NCBI GenBank assembly: GCA_963726335.1
Contig: CAVSCD010000014.1
Span: forward strand, 64,169 to 128,168
DNA: 64,000 nt
Source: Candidatus Aminicenantes bacterium
Lineage (GTDB): Bacteria > Acidobacteriota > Aminicenantia > Aminicenantales > UBA8522
Reading direction: 5' to 3'
Positions 42,322 to 51,151 of this stretch are shown here, one piece after another. Numbering within the stretch: the stretch's first letter is position 1; each line of letters begins with the position of its first letter. The position numbers and the translations under genes are program-made. Below the pieces are notes generated by a model, which saw only the letters and a program-made list of their open reading frames with translations, made no database searches and was not told where the DNA came from.

Positions 42322-42350
42322 TTGACTCCGCGCCTGAAACCGGTATATTA
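42322..42350 (+). promoter_or_regulatory. Sigma70-like promoter (TTGACT, 16–17-nt spacer, TATATT) for the acyl-CoA dehydrogenase gene
   Basis: A consensus-like pair of hexamers lies about 70 nt upstream of the GTG start, followed by a 5'-UTR hairpin (gggacgg...ccgtccc). Confidence 0.5.
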
Positions 42351-42421
42351 GGGACCACGACGATAACGGGACGGACACCCGGTGGGCCCGTCCCCAACCC
42401 AAGCGAAAACAGGAGGCATAA

Positions 42422-43570
42422 GTGATCGATTTCAGCCTGTCCGAGGAGCAGCTGGCCCTTCAGGAGATGGCCCGGGAGTTCGCGACGAAAGAGATGAAGC
42501 CCAAAGCCGCGCGCTACGACAACACTCACGAGCCGCCCGACGACGTCATGCAGAAAGCTTTCGAAGCGGGGTTCATCACCTGCAACATTCCCCTGGAGTA
42601 CGGCGGAGGCGGCCTCAGCGAGCTGGACATCGCCATCATCAGCGAGGAGCTGGCCGCGGGCTGCGCCGGAATGTTCACGACGATCATGGCCAGCTCGCTG
42701 GCGTTCACGCCGATCATCCTGTTCGGCACCGAGGAGCAGAAGAAAGAGTTCCTGACGCCGTGCACCCGGAAGCTGACCTTTTCGGCGTTCTGCCTGACCG
42801 AGCGGGAGGCCGGTTCCGACGCCGGCGCGATCAAGACCACGGCCAAGAAGGTCGGCGGGGAGTACGTCATCAACGGCGCCAAGTGCTTCATCACCAACGG
42901 CGGGATCGCCGGCCTGTATGTCGTCTTCGCCAACTCGAACCCTGAGAAGGGCATGCGCGGGCTGAGCGCGTTCATCGTGCCGCGCGAGACGCCCGGCCTT
43001 TCGGTGGGCAAGGTGGAGGACAAGCTCGGCCACCGGGCCTCGAACACCGCCGAGGTCTATTTCGACGACGTCAGGGTCCCCGAGGCCAACCTCCTCCACA
43101 AGGAGGGGCTGGGTTTTCTCGTGGCCATGAGGACCCTGGACAAGACACGCGCCTCGGTGGGCGCCGCCGGCGTCGGCGTGGCCCGGGCGGCCCTCGATTA
43201 CGCCGTCGAGTATGCCAAGACGCGTGTCCAATTCGGCAAGGCCATCGCCACCTTCCAGAGCACCGCCTTCAAGATCGCCCAGATGGCCATGGAGGTCAAC
43301 GCCGCCCGCCACTTGGTCTGGCACTCGGCCTGGCTCATGGACCAGGGCAAGTCGTGCGGCAAGGAATCGGCCATGGCCAAGTGCTTCGGCTCCGACGTCG
43401 CCATGCAGACAACGGTCGAGGCGGTCCAGATCTTCGGCGGTTACGGCTATATGAAGGATTATCCCGTGGAGAAGCTGATGCGGGACGCCAAGCTGCTCCA
43501 GATTTATGAGGGCACCAACGAGATCCAGCGGCTGGTGATTTCCCGCGAGGTGATCGGTCCGATCAAGTAG
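42422..43570 (+). CDS. Acyl-CoA dehydrogenase
   Basis: The 382-aa product has the ACAD N-terminal, middle and C-terminal domains and a catalytic Glu near the C-terminus (YEGTNEIQ). Confidence 0.9.
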   Translation: MIDFSLSEEQLALQEMAREFATKEMKPKAARYDNTHEPPDDVMQKAFEAGFITCNIPLEYGGGGLSELDIAIISEELAAGCAGMFTTIMASSLAFTPIILFGTEEQKKEFLTPCTRKLTFSAFCLTEREAGSDAGAIKTTAKKVGGEYVINGAKCFITNGGIAGLYVVFANSNPEKGMRGLSAFIVPRETPGLSVGKVEDKLGHRASNTAEVYFDDVRVPEANLLHKEGLGFLVAMRTLDKTRASVGAAGVGVARAALDYAVEYAKTRVQFGKAIATFQSTAFKIAQMAMEVNAARHLVWHSAWLMDQGKSCGKESAMAKCFGSDVAMQTTVEAVQIFGGYGYMKDYPVEKLMRDAKLLQIYEGTNEIQRLVISREVIGPIK

Positions 43571-43788
43571 CCCCCCGGCGGGAGCCGCCCAGTGTCCCGT
43601 CTCATAGATTCCTTTCCCAAGTCCTCAGCGGGGACGGGACACTTCCAGGGGGGAGTCAAGCTCCCCCCTCGGCGCTTCGTTCCACTGCGCTGACCCCCTG
43701 AGGGGAACGGCGCCGTCCCCCTCAAACTCCCCCGCGGTGGCGCGTCTTTATTGCCCTTTGGAAAGCCAAGCTATTAAAGGACGCACCA

Positions 43789-44271
43789 CTAGCGGGAGCC
43801 GATTTCCGGCGTCAGGATGCTCCAAAGGTCGGCTTCGACGGAGACCTTGGGAGTTTCGATGATGCGGCCGATCTCCCGGCCGCGGAAATGAACGATGAAC
43901 GTGGGGACCCTCTCGACGCCCTTGTCCCCGATGTACTCATGACGCGATTCGGGCGCTCTCGGGATGCCCGTGTAGGTCGTGGTGAAGAGCGGGTTCCGGA
44001 CCATGTCCATGAGCTTCAGCCAGGCGCTGACATGCTGCCGGCAGTCGGGGCACCATGTCCCCAGGAAGACCTCGACCCGCACGGCCTCGTGGACGTCCTG
44101 GAGGCGGCCGACAGTCTCGAGGTCGGGCGAGTAGGCGTCAACTTGTGATTTCCACCCGGGGAGTCTTTCCATGAGGCCCTCGGGCGTGAGGGGGCCGACC
44201 AGTTCCGTCTGCCCGCCGGCCAAGCTGCAGAAAGCGACGAGGGGAAAAACGGCGATCGGCAAACGCATCAC
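43789..44271 (-). CDS. Secreted thioredoxin-fold protein (WCPDC active site)
   Basis: The product has a signal peptide and a CxxC motif in a TlpA-like context. Confidence 0.7.
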   Translation of the reverse strand: MMRLPIAVFPLVAFCSLAGGQTELVGPLTPEGLMERLPGWKSQVDAYSPDLETVGRLQDVHEAVRVEVFLGTWCPDCRQHVSAWLKLMDMVRNPLFTTTYTGIPRAPESRHEYIGDKGVERVPTFIVHFRGREIGRIIETPKVSVEADLWSILTPEIGSR

Positions 44272-44315
44272 GCCCCCTCGCAGCCGGCGACAGGCGATCC
44301 TGAACCTTGACCGGC

Positions 44316-44717
44316 TCAGGATTCTTCTTTGGTGAAGTACTCCGGGATGATCCCCAGGACTTCGGCCCCCGCGCCCTTGGCGATGTCGATCAGCTCGATG
44401 ATGCGGCCATAGGACAGCTTGGCGTCGGCGCGGATGAAGATCGTCTTATCCTGCCGGGCGGCGTAGATCGTGCGGAGACGGTCGGGGAGCATCTTCAGGT
44501 CAATTTGCTCCTGGTTGATTAAAACGCTCAGGTCCTCGTTGAGGGTCAGGACGATCAGACCGGTGGGCATGCCGCTCGACGAGGTGTCCTGGGACGTTTC
44601 GGGGAGCTTGACGTCGATCCCTTTCTGGACGATGGGCGTGATCACCATGAAGATGATCAACAGGACGAGTAACACGTCGCACAACGGAACGACGTTGGGC
44701 TCAGCTGAAGCTGACAT
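44316..44717 (-). CDS. exbD: ExbD/TolR-family biopolymer transport protein
   Basis: The product reads MSASAEPNVVPLCDVLLVLLIIFMV..., an N-terminal TM segment followed by a periplasmic domain. No exbB or tonB gene is adjacent. Confidence 0.75.
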   Translation of the reverse strand: MSASAEPNVVPLCDVLLVLLIIFMVITPIVQKGIDVKLPETSQDTSSSGMPTGLIVLTLNEDLSVLINQEQIDLKMLPDRLRTIYAARQDKTIFIRADAKLSYGRIIELIDIAKGAGAEVLGIIPEYFTKEES

Positions 44718-44819
44718 ATTGGCCTCCTTATGATCTACACTCGGGTCCACATTTTATTCCAAACAAAATCTGTTTGTCAACGCTCGAGCGGCTGCCGGAG
44801 CGGGAGCCTCCGGGAGGGG

Positions 44820-45215
44820 TTATCTCAGCGTGGCGAAAGCCTTCTTCTGATTGGTCGTTTTGAAGACCAGGACGGCCCGTCCCAGTCCCGCCGAGGTGCC
44901 GTAGCAGTAATCGATGTCGACCACGGCGTTGCCGAGAAGGGCGCCGATCTCGGCCCCGGCGCCGATGCGGTCGCCGAGCTCCACGACGATCACCTTGTTC
45001 GTCTTGACACGGTAGCCGAGCGTCCGGAGGGCCTTTTCCGCCTTTTTGTTGTCGGACGTGATCAGACGGAAATGTCCCCGTTTCTCCTCGGAGTAGGCGG
45101 AGAGCGCTTTCACGTTGACGCCGGCGTTGGCCATGGTCCCCAGGACCCGGCCCAGGATACCCGGCTCGTTGGCTGTGATCACATGGAGTTCGATGTCTTC
45201 TTCGACTTTATACAC
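44820..45215 (-). CDS. ACT-domain protein
   Basis: A GAGGAGGA RBS lies upstream of the GTG start. The product contains two ACT-like beta-alpha-beta-beta-alpha-beta units (HVITANEPGILGRVLGTMANAGVNV...). Confidence 0.6.
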   Translation of the reverse strand: MYKVEEDIELHVITANEPGILGRVLGTMANAGVNVKALSAYSEEKRGHFRLITSDNKKAEKALRTLGYRVKTNKVIVVELGDRIGAGAEIGALLGNAVVDIDYCYGTSAGLGRAVLVFKTTNQKKAFATLR

Positions 45216-45312
45216 GGTTCCTCCTCGAAGAAAAAATATTATATCAAAATCCACGATAAAAAAACAAAATAATTGAGGGCCGGACAGCCGGCAGCAATTT
45301 TCTTTTTACTTC

Positions 45313-45341
45313 TTGACAAAACCTCCTGTTTCCGGTATCTA
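45313..45341 (+). promoter_or_regulatory. Sigma70-like promoter (TTGACA, 17-nt spacer, TATCTA) for the PKD-domain OMP gene
   Basis: It lies in an AT-rich 190-bp gap, about 60 nt upstream of the ATG, which is preceded by an AGGAGG RBS. Confidence 0.5.
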
Positions 45342-45405
45342 ACGTACTGAAGCGCAATGGCGGTTAAAATTATTAAGGGAATGGCATTCTAAACAGGAGG
45401 CGTGG

Positions 45406-46860
45406 ATGAAAAACAAAAAACTGGTTATCTTTGTCGCGTTGCTGCTCGTCGTCATGACCGCGAGCACTTTCGCGCAGACCAAGAAGCTAAAGAGCATCGG
45501 ACAGTACACCCTGGTGCGGATCCGCGGCAGCGTGCCCACCCAGGACGTCATGAAGCGGCTGGTCGACCGTTATGCCGGCGATATCAAGCAGGGGTTCGAC
45601 CTGGCCAACGCCGGCGACCTCTATCTCCCGTTCATGGACCAGCTGAAGAGCGCCAAGTTCGAGGAAAAATCGCTGCCCGTGGGCGATCAGCTCCAGTGGA
45701 TGCTCTTCCGGTCCCACGGCAAGGTCAAGGTCGTCCGGGACGTCGAATGGGCCGGCAAGAAGCCCCTGGACGTCTTCGCCTTCAACGTTGAGAAGGATTT
45801 CAAGAATTATGAATTCGTGATGCCCAGGCCCTGCGGCAACATCTCGCTGCGCGGCATCACCGACCTGGCGCTCCCCCTGGCCACTTGCGCCATCGCCGTT
45901 TCGCCGGCCAAGGTCAACCTCAAGGATCCGGTGACGGTCGACGTGAGCGGCACTCAGGGCGCTAAGTCGATACAGGTCTCGGCCGTCGGCGCCGACGGCG
46001 TCCAGGCCTGGACGCAGGCCATGACGCTTGACGCGGCCCGCGCCAAGGTCACCTTCGACAAGCCCGGCACGTACACCTTCAAGGCCTCGGCGGTCAACGC
46101 CCAAGGCAAGGCGTCGACCACTCCCTGCGAAGCGACTGTCGTCGTCAACGCTCCTCCGGTGTGCGCGCTGAGCACCCCCTGCGTGAGCTGCACCGATTAC
46201 GTCAACAAGCCGATCGCCCTCGACGCCTCCGGCTCGAGCGACCCCGACGGCAAGGTGGTCAAGGCCGATTTCACGATCACCGACCAGGCCGGCAACCCGG
46301 TCGACAAGTTCATGGCCGGCGAGGGTCCGTTCGTCTGGAACAAGACCTTCACGGCGGCCGGGAGCTATGCCGTGTCCGTGGTCGTGACCGATGATTTCGG
46401 CGCCGTTTCCGAGCCCTGCCGGGTGGTCCTGGACGTTACCCGGATCAAGCGGGGCTATTTCTCGGTCACCGCCGGCCCTCTCTTCGCCAGGGGGAGCCAC
46501 GGTCCGTACATCTTCGCAGAGCTGGATTACCTCTACTGGATTACCCCGGGCAAGACCGACTTCACGATCGCGGCCGGCCCCGCCATACCCCTGAAGGGCG
46601 ATCCCTGGAAGACCTTCTTTATGGCGGATGCCATGATCCATTACCATCCGTCGGCGTTCTTCTTCGGCGGCGGCGTGGGGATCAGCACGGCGCTCAAGGA
46701 AGGCCGGGACAGCGTCTTTGAACTCGTGGGCGACCTGGGCGTCGATGTCTTCAAGAAGCCGACCTCCTTCGGCTCGCTGATCTGTCAGTTCCGGTGGTCC
46801 GCCGGGAAAGACCTCTGGGATTATCACAAGATTTTGCTCGGATTCAGGGTTCACTTCTAA
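45406..46860 (+). CDS. Secreted outer-membrane protein with PKD/Ig-like repeats and a C-terminal beta-barrel ending in Phe
   Basis: The product has a signal peptide (MKNKKLVIFVALLLVVMTASTFA), two PKD-like repeats (ASGSSDPDGKVV...F.W) and a C-terminal ...LGFRVHF. Confidence 0.65.
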   Translation: MKNKKLVIFVALLLVVMTASTFAQTKKLKSIGQYTLVRIRGSVPTQDVMKRLVDRYAGDIKQGFDLANAGDLYLPFMDQLKSAKFEEKSLPVGDQLQWMLFRSHGKVKVVRDVEWAGKKPLDVFAFNVEKDFKNYEFVMPRPCGNISLRGITDLALPLATCAIAVSPAKVNLKDPVTVDVSGTQGAKSIQVSAVGADGVQAWTQAMTLDAARAKVTFDKPGTYTFKASAVNAQGKASTTPCEATVVVNAPPVCALSTPCVSCTDYVNKPIALDASGSSDPDGKVVKADFTITDQAGNPVDKFMAGEGPFVWNKTFTAAGSYAVSVVVTDDFGAVSEPCRVVLDVTRIKRGYFSVTAGPLFARGSHGPYIFAELDYLYWITPGKTDFTIAAGPAIPLKGDPWKTFFMADAMIHYHPSAFFFGGGVGISTALKEGRDSVFELVGDLGVDVFKKPTSFGSLICQFRWSAGKDLWDYHKILLGFRVHF

Positions 46861-46887
46861 GGCCCGGTATTTTCTGAAGAACGAAAA

Positions 46888-46918
46888 GGCCAAGGAATTT
46901 TTCCTTGGCCTTTTTTTT
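46888..46918 (+). terminator. Intrinsic terminator with a ggccaagga/tccttggcc hairpin followed by T8
   Basis: Read directly from the sequence, 27 nt downstream of the stop codon of the OMP gene. Confidence 0.8.
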
Positions 46919-46938
46919 CGCCCGGATTTGGAGCCGGA

Positions 46939-47802
46939 ATGAGGATCGCCGTCATCGGAGCCGACGGGCAGCTCGGGAGCGACCTGATCCAGGCGCTTCG
47001 GGGAGACGAGGTCGCGCCGCTCGTCTATCCCGGCCTCGATATCACCGACCCGGCCGGCGTCCGGCGGACGCTCGAGGAAATCGCCCCCGACACGGTCATC
47101 AACACCGCGGCGTTCCACCGGGTGGACGAGTGCGAAGACGATCCCTGGACGGCGCTCAGGCTGAACGCCATCGCCGTCCGGGACCTGTCGCTCGCCGCCC
47201 GGGAACTCGGTTTTCGCCTTGTCCATTTCAGCACGGACTACGTCTTCGACGGCGCCAAGCTGAGTCCCTACGTCGAGGACGACGCGCCGAACCCCCTGAG
47301 CGCCTACGGCGTTTCCAAGCTGGCGGGCGAGTACTTCATCCGGTCACTGGTCGACAAATTCTACCTCGTCAGGACCTGCGGACTGTACGGATTGGCGGGT
47401 TCAAAAGAGAAGGGGTACAACTTCGTGGACAGGATCATCTCCCTGGCCGGGGAGGGGAAGACGATCCGCGTCGTCGACGACCAGCGGGTCACGCCCACCT
47501 CGACCGCCGAGCTGGCGGAGCGGTTGAGCGCCCTGATCCGGACGGACCGTTACGGCCTCTTCCATCTGACAAACGAGGGATCCTGCACCTGGTTCGAGTT
47601 TGCCCGGGAGATCCTCTCTCTGACGGGCCGGGAGGCGCGCCTGGAGCCCGTCGATTCCCGGGCCGTGGCGGGCGCCAAAGCCCGGCGGCCCCGGTATTCG
47701 GTGCTCGAAAACAGGCGGGCGAAGGAGATCGGCCTTCCGGACTTCTCCCCTTGGCGGGAGGCGCTCCGGGATTACCTCAAGCGGAAGGGCTATCTGTCCT
47801 GA
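46939..47802 (+). CDS. rfbD: dTDP-4-dehydrorhamnose reductase
   Basis: The 287-aa product is RmlD-like, with the NAD-binding motif GADGQLG and a YxxxK signature. Confidence 0.85.
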   Translation: MRIAVIGADGQLGSDLIQALRGDEVAPLVYPGLDITDPAGVRRTLEEIAPDTVINTAAFHRVDECEDDPWTALRLNAIAVRDLSLAARELGFRLVHFSTDYVFDGAKLSPYVEDDAPNPLSAYGVSKLAGEYFIRSLVDKFYLVRTCGLYGLAGSKEKGYNFVDRIISLAGEGKTIRVVDDQRVTPTSTAELAERLSALIRTDRYGLFHLTNEGSCTWFEFAREILSLTGREARLEPVDSRAVAGAKARRPRYSVLENRRAKEIGLPDFSPWREALRDYLKRKGYLS

Positions 47803-48218
47803 AGCCGGCCGGCCTGATCGCCGGCGATCTTCGCGCGGAGGTGGTCGGGGAGAGGCGTGACCTCGCTCCGGTGGTTGGTGACGATGTGGACGGTGTATCC
47901 CTCGGCCGCCAGCGTCCGCTCCTCTTTCGTCAGCAACTCGTAGTCGAAGACGAACTTCTTGGGCGTCGACTCCCGCAGCGAGATCCGGATGATGAACGTC
48001 TGGTCGTACCGGAGCGGGCGGCGGTAGCGGCAGTGGGCCTCCACGACGACGAGGTAGAATCCTTGGGCCTCGATCTCCTTATAGGTGACGCCCCTCTGCC
48101 GGCAGAGTTCGGTGCGGCCCAGCTCGAACCATTCAAAATAGACCTTGTTATGGGCCACCCCCATCTGATCGGTCTCGGAATAACGGACGCGTTCTTCAAT
48201 TTCGACGGCGGGAGGCAT
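47790..48218 (-). CDS. Acyl-CoA thioesterase (YbgC/4HBT family)
   Basis: The 142-aa product has a hot-dog fold with an active-site Asp region (YSETDQMGVAHN). Confidence 0.85.
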   Translation of the reverse strand: MPPAVEIEERVRYSETDQMGVAHNKVYFEWFELGRTELCRQRGVTYKEIEAQGFYLVVVEAHCRYRRPLRYDQTFIIRISLRESTPKKFVFDYELLTKEERTLAAEGYTVHIVTNHRSEVTPLPDHLRAKIAGDQAGRLQDR

Positions 48219-48238
48219 GGGACAGACTCTGAGGCCGG

Positions 48239-48529
48239 TTAATCGGAGAGCTTGCCCAGCTTGGTCAGCTCTTCGTTATAGTATTTCCGGTAGAGGATCT
48301 CCCACTCGCGGCTGCCCTCTTCGATGGCCTTCTTCTGCGACTGGATCTTATCGACGGCCTTTTTATCGAGGGTCTCGTAGAGGCGCATCTCCTCTTCGAT
48401 GGCCTTGACGATGATCAGGCGGATCTCGTTCGGGTCGTCCAGAAACTCCACCTGGTCGTTCTTATTAAGGAAATTAAGGACCTGGCGGGACAGGAAATTG
48501 ATCTTTTCGCGCGATAGCCGAATGCTCAC
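48239..48529 (-). CDS. DUF507-family protein
   Basis: The 96-aa Lys/Glu-rich protein is paralogous to the neighbouring gene and has lower GC than its surroundings. Confidence 0.6.
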   Translation of the reverse strand: MSIRLSREKINFLSRQVLNFLNKNDQVEFLDDPNEIRLIIVKAIEEEMRLYETLDKKAVDKIQSQKKAIEEGSREWEILYRKYYNEELTKLGKLSD

Positions 48530-48804
48530 AGGACGAGGTTCCTTTCCTTGGCGAGCTTGGTCTTGATCATTTTGAACATCGTCTGGTATTCGATGTTCTC
48601 CTTACGGATCTTCTCCATGTGTTTGCCCAGGATCTCCCGGACTTCCTGGTCGAGCTGGTCTTCTTTCTGGAACTCGTCGGTGATCAGATTGGAAACATTA
48701 TCAAGGATTTTCTTCTTGTCCTCGAGAAGAACCTTGCTTTCCCTGCTGAGGTTTCGGACGATCACGAAGGCCAGGTGCTCGATCTGGTTCTTGTTCAGTC
48801 TCAT
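48526..48804 (-). CDS. DUF507-family protein (tandem paralogue)
   Basis: The likely start is MRLNKNQIEHLAFVIVRNL. The layout is similar to 48239..48529, and the stop overlaps the neighbour's start. Confidence 0.6.
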   Translation of the reverse strand: MRLNKNQIEHLAFVIVRNLSRESKVLLEDKKKILDNVSNLITDEFQKEDQLDQEVREILGKHMEKIRKENIEYQTMFKMIKTKLAKERNLVL

Positions 48805-48855
48805 AGTCCACATAAAATACACCACCTCGGCCTAAAATTCAAGGAACGGTCCGAC

Positions 48856-49781
48856 TCAGGCGGCAAGAATCAGGAAGGGGACGAGGGTTTCCGGGTCCGG
48901 ACCGGGGCGCGCCAAGCCCAGGAACCGCCCCGTCAGGCTGAACAGACGGCAGGTGTTCAAGGCGTCGGGCGGACCTTTCCAGGTCGGCGCCGCGGGCGGC
49001 AGAGTGCTCTGGATATCTTCGGGCGCCAACGGCCGCCCCCTCTGGACCCGGCCCTCTCCCGTCTCCGTCATAATGACCTTGGGAAGCCCGGGCAGCAGCG
49101 CTTCGAGGGGGAGCACCACCTCGCCGGCCCGCCCCTCCTTGATCATCTCCTCGACGCGGTCGGCGGAAAGCGCCCGGTCCACGGTCAGATCGCCGGCGCT
49201 GAGCCTCCGGAGGCCGGCCAGGTGCGCGCCGCAGCCGAGAACCTCGCCGAGCGAATGGGCCAATGACCTGACATACGTGCCCGAGCCGCACCGGACCTCG
49301 AACTCGACGACGGGCGGCTTGAAATCGTCCAGCCTGAAGGCGTATACGGTGACCGGCCGTGGCGGGCTGGTCATGGGCGTTTGGCCGCGGGCCCATTTAT
49401 AAAGGGGTTTGCCGGCCACCTTCTTGGCCGAGTAAGGGGGGGGGCCTGGAGGATCTCGCCCTCGAAGGCGCGCATCGCCTCGAGGATGGCCTCCCTGCCT
49501 GGCAGGGTCCCGGCCGCCGAAGCGGTCGGCCGGCCCATGGCGTCGTAGGTGTCGGTCGCCATCCCCAGCCGGATCTCGCCCGAGTAGACTTTGTCGTGCC
49601 TGGAGAAAAGCGGGAAGAGCTTGACGGCCCTGCCGACCGCCACCAGCAGCAACCCGGTGGCCAAGGGATCCAGGGTCCCGAAATGGCCGACTTTCTGGAT
49701 CCCCAGGCACCGCCTGACGCGGGCCACGATATCATGAGAGGTCGCGCCTCGGGGCTTATCGACCAGGATCAAGCCGTCCAT
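48856..49781 (-). pseudogene. truB: tRNA pseudouridine(55) synthase TruB, interrupted by a single frameshift at a G9/C9 homopolymer (49436-49444)
   Basis: The N-terminal ORF (49371..49781) reads MDGLILVDKPRGATSHDIV...GTLDPLATG. The C-terminal ORF continues ...PPPYSAKKVAGKPLYKWARG in another frame. The shift coincides with a 9-nt G run. Confidence 0.8.
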
Positions 49782-50791
49782 CAGGCAGCGCCGGAACCGG
49801 GCCGTCGCCGGTGCGCAACGGCCGGCCGGCGGCGGATCAGTCCCTCGACCCGCCGGGGAATATCCTCGATCAGGGAGGCGTAGGCTCCGACCGCCGTGAA
49901 CCCGGCGGCGTGGACGTGGCCTCCGCCCCCGAAGCTCTCCGCCACCGTCGCGGCGTTGGCATCGTCCTTGGACCGCACGCTCACGCGAAACGTGTCCTTG
50001 GCCATCTCCTTGAAGAACAGGACCACCTCGACGCCCTTGATGGAGCGGGCCAAGGTGGTGATGTCCTCGGTGTCGACCTCTTTGAGGCCGAGGTCGTCCA
50101 GCGTCTTTTTAAACATGGTGATGGCGGCAATGTTGCCGCGGGCATTCATCCGCAGCGTCGACAGGACCTGGCCGAGGAGCCTGATCTTCTGCGGGCTGTT
50201 CGTTTGGAAGAGAAATTCGCTGGTTTTGATCGGGTTGGCGCCGGAGTTGACGAGCTTGTGGCTGACCTCGAAGGCGCGGGCCGTGGTGTTGCTGAACTGA
50301 AAGCAACCGGTGTCGGAGACGATGGCGCAGTAGAGATGCCCGGCGATTTCCGGGGTGAGGGGGAGCTTCATCCGCTTGGCCAGGGTATAGGCCATTTCCC
50401 CGACCGCCGGCGCCGCCGGGTCGATCCAGTTGATGTCGGCATAGACATCGTTGGAGTAGTGGTGGTCGATGTTGATCTTGAAATAGCCGTCCAGGTTCTC
50501 CTGGCCGGAGCGCGAGACGTTGGCGCACTCGAGGAGAATGGCCAGGTCGAAGGCTCGGGCCGGGATCTGGCCGACCCGGATGCGTCGGACGGCCGGAAGA
50601 TCGACCAGGGGGAACGGCGTCGGGTCCCTGTTGACGAGCTCCACGCGCTTGCCCAGGCCCTCGAACATCCCGGCCAGGGCCAGGCCCGTGCAGATGGAAT
50701 CGCCGTCCGGCCTCAGGTGGCAGGTGATGACGATCGTGCGGCTCGAGCGAACCTTCGCCGCGATCTTGGAAAGCGGGTCATTTTTCGTCAT
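49781..50791 (-). CDS. nrnA: DHH-family oligoribonuclease/pAp phosphatase NrnA
   Basis: The product has DHH and DHHA1 motifs (CHLRPDGDS...DHH...GGGH). Confidence 0.85.
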   Translation of the reverse strand: MTKNDPLSKIAAKVRSSRTIVITCHLRPDGDSICTGLALAGMFEGLGKRVELVNRDPTPFPLVDLPAVRRIRVGQIPARAFDLAILLECANVSRSGQENLDGYFKINIDHHYSNDVYADINWIDPAAPAVGEMAYTLAKRMKLPLTPEIAGHLYCAIVSDTGCFQFSNTTARAFEVSHKLVNSGANPIKTSEFLFQTNSPQKIRLLGQVLSTLRMNARGNIAAITMFKKTLDDLGLKEVDTEDITTLARSIKGVEVVLFFKEMAKDTFRVSVRSKDDANAATVAESFGGGGHVHAAGFTAVGAYASLIEDIPRRVEGLIRRRPAVAHRRRPGSGAA

Positions 50792-51134
50792 CTTTAAGGC
50801 GATCCATCAACGCGTCCAGCCGGCTCTCGTATTCCGGAGCCGGGTCCCTCACGAAAATGAGTTCCGGATTATACTTCAGTTTGACTTCACTGGCAATAGA
50901 TTTGCGGAGGTAGCCCCGCCGTTTGGCGATGAGCTCCAGGACCTCGCCCTCGCGGCTGCCGCCGAAGACGCTGAGAAAGACGCGGGCGGACTGGAGGTCG
51001 GCCGTCATCTCGACACGGGTGACGGTGATGAGGCCGGAACCCTCGCTCTGGAATTCCCGGAGCATGATCCGGCTGAGCGTTTCCTTGATCAGGCTGGCCA
51101 CTCGTTTCGGCCGCTTGCTGGACTCCATCTTCAC
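50778..51134 (-). CDS. rbfA: Ribosome-binding factor A
   Basis: The 118-aa product has the KH-like RbfA motif (RVASLIKETLSRIM) and lies downstream of infB. Confidence 0.9.
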   Translation of the reverse strand: MKMESSKRPKRVASLIKETLSRIMLREFQSEGSGLITVTRVEMTADLQSARVFLSVFGGSREGEVLELIAKRRGYLRKSIASEVKLKYNPELIFVRDPAPEYESRLDALMDRLKDDEK

Positions 51135-51151
51135 TCCCTCGGGGGCTCGCC

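Noticed and set aside
42328-42350. Shared ccggTAT string at the -10 regions of the acyl-CoA dehydrogenase and PKD-OMP promoters
   Set aside because: Only two instances of a 7-nt match exist, which is insufficient to propose a specific extended promoter motif.
43571-43788. Three consecutive GC hairpins after the acyl-CoA dehydrogenase gene (gtgtcccgtc...gacgggacac; ggggggag-tcaag-ctcccccc; gagggga...tcccctc), including a ccccccggcggg string reminiscent of the intergenic repeat
   Set aside because: They lie between convergent genes, where terminator-like hairpins are expected. The similarity to the repeat family is limited to a short GC-rich string and is not alignable over its length.
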